From Candidatus Pacearchaeota archaeon (GTDB taxonomy: Archaea > Nanobdellota > Nanobdellia > Pacearchaeales > GW2011-AR1): DNA of 64,000 nt. The translations under genes and the position numbers were made by a program. Below the pieces are notes generated by a model. That model worked only from the letters and a program-made list of their open reading frames with translations. It searched no databases and was not told the DNA's origin. Below, piece by piece: positions 35,857-47,800 of this stretch (positions within the stretch are counted from its first letter, which is position 1; the number at the start of each line of letters is the position of its first letter). The stretch is from the NCBI GenBank assembly GCA_016188825.1, contig JACPHA010000005.1, positions 45 to 64,044 on the forward strand, given 5' to 3'.

Positions 35857-38800
35857 TTGTCCTACACATTGGCTCATAAAAAATATACTTATAAGAATGG
35901 AAAAAGGTATGGGCCATATTTGTATGAAAATAAGAGAGTAGGAAATAAAGTTTTTACAAGATATTTAGGGCCAGCAAAAGAAGGAAAAAATTATAAAATT
36001 AACTTTAGATTTTTTTCGTACGTTTTTTTAGCTTTAATTTTGTTAGGAGGCATAATTTTTATTTTTTTAAATGTAGGGGAAATTTTTAATTTGTTATTAT
36101 CGCCTTTTGTTGGAGAAAAGCCATTTTTATCAATAGAAGATATTAATTATCAGAGAGGCGAGATTATCAAAGGAGAATTAAAGTTAAATGTTAAAGCTGG
36201 AGAGTTAATACCAAGCGATTCTAAATTAATCATTAATTTTGGTGATATAGAAAAGGAGTTTGTTTTGACAGAATTAATTGATAAAGAAACATTAGACGGG
36301 GATTTTTATATTGAGGGAAATAATTTAGATGGGTTTGGTAATGGTTTTGGAATTGTAGGTGAAAAAGAGGTTTTTCCTGAAATTGAATTTGAATTAATGA
36401 TTTTAGAAGCAGAAAAAAATGTTAGTGAAGAAATTCCAGCTGGGGGCGGTGTTGGTGAGGGAGAGGAAAATGAGACTATTGAAGAAAAGCTCATGAATGA
36501 AACACCAAAAGAGCCAGTAGAAGAACAACCCCAAGTGCCAAGTGGAGAAATTCCATCTGGAGAACAGCCGCCCGAAGTGCCTGCAGAAGAGACGCCTTCT
36601 GGGGAAGTTGTTGAGCAACCCCCCATAGAGGCGCCACCGGAGGAGCAACCACAAAAAGAAATAATTGAACAACCAATAGAGGGGGAGCAACCTTCAGAAA
36701 GCCAACCAACCGAAAGTCAGCCGAGTGAAGAAACTTCAACAGAGCCATCTTTATCTCCAGAAGAAAATATAATTTCTGGAATAGTAACCAAAGGAAACGA
36801 TTTTGTTTATGAGTTAAGTGAGGGGAAAACAGCAAAAATTATTGAAGGGAGCATTAAGATTAATGATACTCAATTAGCCGATAGCAATTTAATTTTAAGA
36901 ATAGAAGATAATAAAGTAATAATTTCAACAGAATATAGTATTAAGGAAAAAGGTTTTGGAGAGGAGTTTTTAGGGGATGAGCGAGTTGAGTTTTTAAGCA
37001 TTGATCTTGATGAACTTGGTTTTGTAGTTGAAAATGATTCTGTTTTGAAGGCAAAATTGGTTTATGAAGAGCAAACATTGGCTGAAGCAGAAGAAGAAAT
37101 AATAATCGAAGAAAAAATTGAGAAAAATATTACGGTTCCGATTGAAAACCAAACAATTACTAACATTACAATACTGGAAAATATAACAATTGAGAATGTT
37201 ACGCAATTGACTGCAGTTTTGGGACAGTCGGTTAAGTGGGTTAAATATGTGGATGCCAGTGATTCTGGAAATATAAGCATTGAATTGCCGAAAAGTGCGG
37301 AGAAGATTGATGTAAAGAAAGTTAAGAAAGAAAAGAAAGGAGATAAGGAAGAAGAAACTGAAGAGGAAGAAAAGATTGAGGGGGTAATAGAAGAAAATAT
37401 AACAGAAGAGAAAATAGAGGGCGTGGAAAATCAAACAGCTGAAGAAGTTATTAATAAAAGCTTCTCAGAGGAAGTTATTGAAAAGGAAGAAGGAAATGTT
37501 TCAGAAGAGGAAGTTGCTCTTAGCCCTCCTGAAGCAGGCTTTAGCGATTTTATTGAAGAGGAATTGGAAGATAGAAAGGAGATAACTGTTGAAGTTTCTC
37601 CTGCTGAAATTGGCAAGGTAGTTATAGAAGTTATTTATGAAACTCCTGCGCCTTATGCTGTTGAGGAGGATACAACAAGAGGGAAAAAAGTAAAAATAAT
37701 TGGCCCAAAAGACGTTCATTATGAAAATGTTTTAGCATTTACTAATTTGTCTGAAAATCTTGGTATTATTAATCCGAGTTCAATAAAAATATATTGGGTT
37801 GAAAATAATAGTTATATATATCCTGAAAATGTTAGTGATACAAACTCTAATGGAATTTACGATTATGTTTCTTGGACAATCTTAAGACTGAGCAATCAAA
37901 CATTTGAAATAATTGTCATAACAAAAGCAGAACATTTAGATGAGAATAGAACAGTCATAAGTGATATTTACGATTCCATGAAGGAACTAGACGGGATTTG
38001 GAGCGAGGAGATTCCAGACAAACATTATGTAAGAGTTAAGTTTGAGATACCGCTTGATAATAAGAGAGATATAACTATTTATCCTAGAGCGGCAAGCGGA
38101 AATCCTAAAATAGAAATTTACGAAATTAATGGAACAGAAAAGATTGCAGAGTTTAGTTCTTTAGTTGATAATGAATATAATAAAGTTTATTTGACTTCAT
38201 TGCAAAACAGTCAGGATACTTTTGATTTATTGGTTTTAGGAGGGAGTGTTGAGTTTGAGCATATTATTGACCCGAGCGCATCGCCTGGAAATGGAATTGA
38301 TTTGAGACCGCAGGCTTGCGGACTGCAAAAGCGCCAACCATCTCAAAATCTTTTTGAGAACGATTGTAATAATGAGAATTATCCGTATTTATCCAATGCA
38401 ACATATCCTTCTAATTGTGGCATTACCGGAGATAGGTTAAGTTGTGATGATGGAATAGTTCACGGTTCACTTACAGATCAAAGAGATGAATTTGCAGGAG
38501 TTAATATAACTTCCTTCAACCAAACAATAACAGATTGTATAAACATAGAGCAAGTCTTTTTATGTTATGAGTTTTGGCAGCAACAAGGAGAACGGGCGCA
38601 TACTTGCACAGTTGGCGTTGATGCAAATGGTGATGCTTCGTGGAGTGATACTTCAATTACCTGTTCAGTTAGTGAGCCCGGAGTAACGTGTACTGATGTC
38701 ACAGCATCTGAACCTTGGGAGTGTAGTAATTTCTTTGGCCCAAGTGGGACAAGAGCATTGGCAAGGGCACAGGCAAAAAGAGGTCAAGGGGCATCGGGAA

Positions 38801-41800
38801 ACAATACTTGGTATTTTGATGTTTTGTTTTTCAATGTAACTTACAGCAACAACACAGATCTAACTTCTTGTAGGGATTTAAATGAGGCGGGAGAAACTTA
38901 CAAAGTTATTAATAATATCAATGCTTTAGGAACTTGTTTCAAAATTAATGCGGATAATATAACTCTAGACGGGCAAGGATTTAATATAACTGGAAATAGA
39001 ATAGGAGATGGAGTAAATTTCACTGGAAGATTAAATATAACAATAAAGAACCTTAATATTTATAATTTCAGCAGAGGGATTTATTTTGACAAAACAAATG
39101 ACTCCTTTATTTTAGATAACGCGATTAGGAACAATTCCAACGAGGGCATTAGACTTTTCCTTTTGAGTTTTAATAATGTTATAAAAAACAACATAGTAAG
39201 CGGCAATCAACAAGATGGCATTATAATCATTTCTGCTTCAAAGAATAATACTATTGAGAATAATACAGTAAATAATAATAATCACGGGATTAGACTTTCA
39301 TCTGCTAGTGGTAATCAATTAATAAATAATAGAGTTAAATCACATTCTTCTAATGGAATTTATGTTTTGAGTAGTAATGGTAACACTTTAATAAACAACA
39401 CAATAGAATTAAGCAATTTTAATGAGCTTTCGGTTGAAGCTAGTTCAGATAATCTAATAAACGGAGGAATTATAAATAATAGCAATTCTGGGCAGAATGC
39501 GCTTTTTATATCAGGCTCCTCTTCAAGAAACAATACCTTTAACAATATTACAATCACAAACACAGACACTAGAGATTATGACATTAACTTTGCAACTGCA
39601 GGAATAAATGAAACCTACTTAATAGACATGCCACATATAGGCAATTACTCATTTGCAGGAGCAGGCGGAATTGTTATTTTCAGAAACTCACAATTTGGAG
39701 AAATAAGATTCTTACAAACAATAAACGGAACAGGAACAAATTTAACAAGAGATGTTAGAATTAGGAATAATAGTGCGGTTGTTGAAAGCGGAATTAATAA
39801 GGGATTGAATAAATCAGCGAATTTAACACTTTATGGCATAGGAAATAGGGGATTTAGTATACCAACCATATTAAGAGATTCTTCCATATGCCCTTCAAAC
39901 ATATGTTATAATTTCACTGCCTTAAATGCAACAAATGTAATATTTAATGTTACGTATTGGACTAATTATAGTATAGGAGGAGAGATAGGTTTTGAAGCAA
40001 ATTTGGACTCTTGCGATACATTGGGAGTTGCCAATACTTATTATAGAATTATTAACAACATAAGCACTCAAGGGACATGCTTCACAATCACTGCGGATAA
40101 TATAACTCTAGACGGGCAAGGATTTAATATAACTGGAAATAGAATAGGAGATGGAGTAAATGTTACTGGAAGATTAAATATAACAATAAAGAACCTTAAT
40201 ATTTATAATTTCAGCAGAGGGATTTATTTTGACAAAACAAATGACTCTCTGGTTTTCAATAACACGGCAAACAACAATTCAGGATTCTTTGGCTATGGTA
40301 TTCATTTACTTTTTTCAAATAATAATACAATAGAGAATAATACATTGAAGTCTAATGCTATAGGTATTTCTGTTAATTCTTTTTCAACCAATAACGCGTT
40401 AGTAAGGAACATATTGGTTTCTAATAATCTTTTGGGACTTGGTAAGGGAATTAGCATAGGTGGTTCTTCCGGTAAGAATATAATAGAGGAAAATATAGCA
40501 AACCTAAATATCGAGGGCATCTCAATTAGCACTGCTGGCAATCAACTAATCAATAATACAATGAACTCAAATAGTGTAATAGGTATAGGACTTACATCAG
40601 CTTCGAATAATATAATAAGTGGAGGAATAATAAATAATTCAGGAGGAAATTCTATTCGTCTCTCACAAGTATCCACAAGAAACAATACATTTAACAATGT
40701 TACAATTATAAATACAAACAAAAGTTTTTATGATATTTTCGTAACTGCTGGAATCAACGAAACCTATCTAATAGACATGCCACATATAGGCAATTACTCA
40801 TTCACTGGAGCTGGCGGAATTGTTATTTTTAAGAACAGTCAATTTGGAGAAATAAGATTCCTTCAACCAATAAACGGAACAGGAACAAATTTAACAAGAG
40901 ATGTTAGAATATTTAATAATTCTGTAGTTGTAAGAAGTGATTTAAACATTGGGCTGAACAAATCAGCCAATATTACACTTTATGGAATAGGAAATAGGGG
41001 ATTTACAAAGCCGTTGTTAATAAGAGACAACGCTTCATGTGGTAATATTTGTTATAACTTTACAGATTTAAATGCAACAAATGTAATATTTAACGTTACT
41101 TATTGGACTAATTATAGTATAGGAGGAGAGATAACAAGTTCAACCCCTCCGTATGTTATATTAAAAAAACCAGACAATAATTCGTTGTTTGGATTGGGAG
41201 TTTTTAATATTATATTAAATGCAACTGTATTTGATATAAATAATGATGCAATAGATGTATTTATTTATGGAGTTAATTCAACAGACACAACAAACTTTTA
41301 TAATTATTTGTTGCATAAACAACTTAATGTTTCTAATGGTTCAACAATCACTTATAATTTTACAGCTTTGCCGGTTGATAAGAATTCCGCTGGATTGAGA
41401 GTTTTATATCATTTTGATAATTTGTCGCAATATCAAGAGAGCGAGGCCAAATCTTATGATTTCTCCGGCAATAATAACAATGGAACATGGTTTAATGGGC
41501 CTGTTTATAATACATCAAGAGAAGGAAGTAAATTTGGTTATGCAGCACAGCTTGATGGAATAGATGACTTTATTGAGAGAAGCTCTGCTCTTGGCATAAC
41601 CAACTATCCTTTTACATTTTCTGCATGGGTAAGAAAAAATAACGACTCTGGCACGAAAGGAACAATAATTTCTTTTGGCGAGTCTCTTAGTAGCAACATA
41701 TATTATGGATTGAGAATCAACGAAAGCGGACAAGCAGAGATTTATGCTGCTGGCTCGGGTCCGGAGGGAAAAATTGGGGGATCAGCAGATTTGAGAGGCG

Positions 41801-44800
41801 CATGGCACCATGTTGCTGGTGTTTTTATAAAAAACACTGCGAAAGAATTGTATGTTGATGGAAAATTTGTTGAAAGTCTTAATACTACTACAAATTTTTT
41901 TACTGTAAACAGGTTTGCTGTCGGAAGGAAAGCAGGCCCAGTCCCTTTGGAATTTTTTAACGGAACAATTGATGAAGTCGCAGTTTGGAATAGAGCATTG
42001 AGCGCAGACGAAATAGTTAATTTATACAGACTAAAAGCGGGGAAATATTATTGGAAGGTTAATGTTTCAGATGGTTTGCTTAGTAATGAATCAGAAACAA
42101 GGGAATTTATAGTTGAGTCGTTGGGCTTGACTATTAATTTTCCTGAGAATAAGACATATAGAATTGGTTTACCGTTAGTTTTTAATGTTACTTTAGATAA
42201 AGATGGAAGTGAAGTTCGGTATAGTTTAGATAACGGTGTCAACAATAAAACAATGTCTTCGACGGATAGTAGAACATACAATGCGACAAACAGTTCAATT
42301 GCGGATGGAACTTATACTTTTAGAGTTTATGCAAAAGATGCATATGGAAATATAAATGAAACAGAAAAAGTGACTTTTGTTTTTGAAAATACAGAAATTG
42401 ATTCTTGCAGAGATTTGGATTTGAATGATACAGTTTATTTATTAAAGAGTGATGTCAGCTCAAGCGGAAATTGTTTCGTTATTGAAGCAAGCAACATAAC
42501 GCTTGATGGACAAGGACGCAGGATTTCTGGCTCTGGAATAAGTTTCGGAATTTCTGCTTCAGATGGAAAAAGAGATATAACCATTAAAAATGTTAATATT
42601 ACTAATTTTGCTTATGGAATTCGTTTTTACCGAGCTTTTGGTGAAATTGGGAGCATAAACTCTTTAATTTTCAATAATTCAGTTTATAATAATCAGATAG
42701 GAATTGATATTGGCGACACCAACAATACAATTATTAAAGAGAACCTTTTTAGAAATAATACAAATGAGGGGGTTTCTCTGTTTTATAGCCATAATAACAC
42801 AATCCAAAAAAATATTATTGTCATGAACACAAATGGAGTCGTTTTTAGTTCTTCCTCGGGCAATGTTATTGAAGGAAACACATTAAGCAATAATTCTCAA
42901 TATGGAATTAATCTTCAGTCGTCTAGCTCAAATAATCAAATAATAAACAACACAGCAAATTCTAATGGACAACGCGGGATGTATATTTCATCAAGTTCAA
43001 ACAATTTATTTACAAATAATAATCTCAATTCTAATGGTTTTTTTGGCATAAGTCTTGACAGCGGGGCAAGCCACAATGTTTTTAGAGGAGGATTAGTTAA
43101 TGGCTCTCAAGGCGATGCAATAAGAATTACTACCTCTTCTACATTCAATAACACATTCAACAATATAACAATCACAAACACAGACACTGGAGATTATGAC
43201 ATTAACTTTGCAACCGCAAGCATTAATGAAACCTATCTAATAGACATGCCACATATAGGCAATTATTCATTTGCAGGAGCAGGCGGAATTGTTATTTTTA
43301 AGAACAGTCAATTTGGAGAAATAAGATTCCTTAAACCAATAAACGGAACTGGAAATAACTTAACAAATCATGTGAGAATAAGTGATAATTTGGCAGTTGT
43401 TGAAAGCGGAATTAATAAGGGATTGAATAAAACAGCGAATATAACACTTTATGGCATAGGAGAAAGAGGATTTATTGGTCCTTATATCTTAAGAGATGAA
43501 GCAATATGTCAGTCGAATGTATGTTATAATTTTACTGCTTTGAATGAAACAAATGTAATATTTAACGTCAGCTACTGGACTGAATATGAGATTGGATACA
43601 CAGATGATTTGGATTCTTGCAGAACATTAGGAGTTGCCAATACTTATTATAGAATTATTAATAACATAAGCACTCAAGGGACATGCTTCACAATCACTGC
43701 GGATAATATAACTCTAGACGGGCAGGGATTTAATGTTACTGGGAACAAAAGTGGAGATGGAGTTTCTGCAACCGGAAGAACAAATATAACAATAAAGAAC
43801 TTGAACATTGGTAATTTCAGCAGGGGAATTTTCTTTACTACAACAAGCAATTCTTTAATTTTCAATAACACTTTATTTAATAATACACAATACGGCATTA
43901 GATTGGTTTCAACTTCAAATAACAATAGATTAACTAACAACACCATAAGTTCAAATAGCTTAAATGGGATTAGAATAGAAGGCAGCCAGAGCAATACAAT
44001 TTATGGTGGAATAGCAACGGGCTCCGGAGAAAACTCAATTCATTTAACAGGAAATTCTGATAATAATACATTAAACAATATTCAAATTACGAATACAAAT
44101 TCAAGTTTTTATGACATTAATTTTGCCTCTGGAGCAGTAGATTTAATTTATTTAATAGATATGCCTTACATTGGAAACTATTCATTTAATTCGGTGGACT
44201 TTATAATTTTTAGAAACTCACAATTCGGAGAAATAAAATTTTTCCAGCCAATAACTGCCTCTGGAAATAATTTAACAAATGAAGTTAGGATTGGGAATAA
44301 TTCTGCTATAGTGGAGAGTGGGATTAATAATGGATTAAATAGAAGTGCGAATGTAACACTTTATGGCATAGGAGAAAGAGGACTTTTTGGACCACTTATT
44401 TTGAGAGATGATGTTAAATGTCCTTCTAATATTTGTTATAACTTTACTGCTTTGAATGAAACAAATGTAATATTCAACGTCAGCTACTGGACTAATTACA
44501 GCATCGGTATAAATACTGTTTTGAGTTCATGCGGAGCTTTAAATAATCCAAACAGATATCATAAAGTTATAAACAATATAAATGCAAGTGGAACCTGTTT
44601 CACAATAACAGCAGACAATATAACTCTAGACGGGCAGGGATTTAATGTAACTGGAAATACAACAGGAGATGGAGTTTCTGCAACCGGAAGAACAAATATA
44701 ACAGTTAAAAATATAAATATTGTTAATTTCACTTCTGGAATATACTTTAGCGGAACTAATTACTCATTTGTTTTGAATAATTCAATTAGGAATAACACAG

Positions 44801-47800
44801 ATTCTGGGATTTATTTCATTAGTTCAAATAATAATACTATAGAAGACAATTTAGGGAGCGGAAATGTGCCCCTGACTTTTTCTTCAGGCATATACTTAAC
44901 AACTTCAAATGGCAATAATATTCGGAATAATCGCTTTAATTTGAATAAGAATGGAATTACTCTTTCTTCCAATGCAAACAACAATCAAATAATAAACAAC
45001 ACAGCAAATAACAATTCTCAATATGGAATTTATCTTCAGTCTAGCTCCAGCAACAACATAATAAACAACTTAGCAAATAACAATTCTCAATATGGAATTT
45101 ATCTTCAGTCTAGCTCCAATAATCAAATAATAAACAACACAGCAAATTCTAATTCTATTAATGGACTGCTTATGTTATTAAGTTCAAACAACAATCAAAT
45201 AATAAACAACACAGCAAATTCTAATTCTATTAATGGACTGCTTATTTCCTCAAGTTCAAACAATTTATTTACAAATAATAATCTCAATTCTAATGGTTTT
45301 TTTGGCATAAGTCTTGACAGCGGGGCAAGCCACAATGTTTTTAGAGGAGGATTAGTTAATGGCTCTCAAGGCGATGCAATAAGCACTAGAGATTATGACA
45401 TTAATTTTGCAATCGCAAGCATCAATGAAACCTATCTAATTGACATGCCACATATAGGCAATTACTCATTCGCTGGAGCTGGAGGAACTGTAATATTTAG
45501 AAACTCACAATTTGGAGAAATAAGATTCTTACAAACAATAAATGGAACAGGAAATAATTTAACAAGAGATGTTAGAATATTGAATAATAGTGCGGTTGTA
45601 AGAAGTGATTTGAACATTGGATTGAACAAATCAGCTAACATAACTCTTTATGGAATAGGGAACAGAGGATTTATTGGGCCATATATTTTGAGAGATAGTG
45701 CTATTTGCCCTTCTAATATTTGTTATAATTTTACATTATTGACAGCAGATATTGTAATATTTAATGTAACCTCATGGACTAAATACGAGATAGGTTTTGA
45801 AGCAAATTTGGACTCTTGCGATACATTGGGAGTTGCCAATACTTATTATAGAATTATTAACAACATAAGCACTCAAGGGACATGCTTTACAATTACAGCA
45901 GATAATATAACTCTTGACGGGCAAGGAAATATTATTAATAGTACTGGAACAGGCGACGGTGTTAATTCTGTTAGTACATCTAATATAACAGTAAAGAATA
46001 TTAATATAAATAATTTCAGCAGAGGAATATTTTTTGATAGAGTTAATAATTCTAATGTTTTATATAGTAATATTACAAACAACACTCAAAATGGTTTTGA
46101 GTTATCAAATGGCTATGGCAATACAATCCAAAATAATAGTTTTGACAATAATTTTCAATCTGGAATATACTTACAGTCTGGCTCAAGAAATAATAATTTA
46201 ATAAAGAACGTAGGCACAAGAAATAACCATGGAATACGCTTGTTTGGAAGCTCAAACAATAATCTCACAGAAAACAGGGTAATAGCTAATAGTATAGGGT
46301 TGCTTATTTTTTCTGATTCTGACAACAATAGATTGTCAAGTAACATAGCTAATGATAATGGTGATGGAATAAGAATAGATTTAAATTCTGATAATAACCA
46401 ATTATTGAACAATACAGCAAACAACAATAGTTTAGGAATTAATGTTCGTTCTAATTCAAATAATAATTCAGTTGAAAATGGCTCTCTGAATATGAATAAT
46501 AATACTCTCCTTATAAATGCTGTCACCGACCTTCTAGTAAGAGGAGGCACAATTAATGGCTCAAGACAAGATGCAATTACTATTAAGGGCTTAGGCACCA
46601 GAAATATTACATTAGATAATATCAAAATCACGAATACAAATTTAAGCAAATATGATTTATTTTTTGAAAGTGCCGGAATCAATGAAACCTACTTAATAGA
46701 CATGCCGCACATTGGAAATTATTCATTTGCAGGAGCAGGCGGAACAGTAATAGTAAAGAACTCACAATTTGGAGAAATAAGATTCTTACAATCAGTAAAT
46801 GGAACAGGAAATAATTTAACAAGAGATGTTAGAATATTAAATAACTCTGCTACTGTTAGGTCTGATTTAAATAGCGGTTTGAATAAATCTGCGAATATAA
46901 CTTTGTATGGTATTGGAGAAAGAGGATTTGTAAATCCTACATTATTTAGAGACGGCATTAAATGCCCGGCAGGGATTTGTTATAACTTTACATCATTAAC
47001 GGCTGAAAATGTTAGTTTAAACGTTACTTATTGGACTAATTATAGTATTGGAGACGAGCCCTGCGTTCCTCCTGCGAATGAAAACTGGAATATTACAGCA
47101 AATATAACTTGTGAGAATAAAGTTATTAGAGTTGCGAGGGATAAGAATGTTAATGTAAACAACGGTGGAAGTTTATCTTTAGTTAATTCTAGTTTGTTAA
47201 TGAACCTTACAGTAAACGGGGGAGGGAATATAACTGTTTTTATCGGAGGAAAAATGAACATAACCAAAGGAAGCAATATTACAACAGGGCAAACAGATAA
47301 GTCATTTGAGTTTAATTTTAAGGTCGGAAATGGAATAGATCTTAATGCTGGTTTCTATATGAGTGATAGTTTCTTGAGCGAGGTCGGACTTAATATGCAG
47401 GGATTGGAAATATACGTTCCTGTTAATTTAACAAATAACACATTTGATGTTAGAAGTATTGTTTTGGGAGGTATTTTAACAGACGGTTCTATTATAGAAA
47501 ATAACACAATTGTAAGTTCTAGGACATCTATCAGTATCGGGAGATCAAGGAACACAAAGATATTAGGTAATAAATTTAACTCGCAAAGAAGTTGTATTGG
47601 AGTGAGTATTGGTTCTGATTTCTTAATTATGAGAGAAAATAATTTTATTTGTTTGGATGGAGATGCCATGCCAGTAGCAAGTCCCGGGATGATTATAGAA
47701 AGAAATATATTTAGTAATGTTGTTGGCGGTGCTTTTCATTTAGCTGATGTTGCTCCAAGCGCAAACATCACAGATAATGTTATTCTTAACGCCAATACAC

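Larger units (their letters stand above)
38866..47055 (+). repeat. Six tandem 0.9-1.27 kb beta-helix modules in the giant gene (interrupted by 41134-42395)
   Basis: Module starts (S-C-x-x-L ... TCF.I.ADNITLDGQG) lie at ~38866, 40006, 42400, 43612, 44524 and 45811. Each ends with NETYLIDMPHIGNYSFAGAGG..I.(R/K)NSQFGEIRFLQ...YNFT.LN..NVIFNV.YWTNYSIG. 39982-40082 is identical (101/101 nt) to 45787-45887. Confidence 0.9.

Noticed and set aside
44980-45257. A CRISPR-like array or satellite, because of regularly spaced near-identical ~66 bp units.
   Set aside because: The units are contiguous with no spacers, lie in frame inside the giant ORF, and encode consecutive beta-helix coils.
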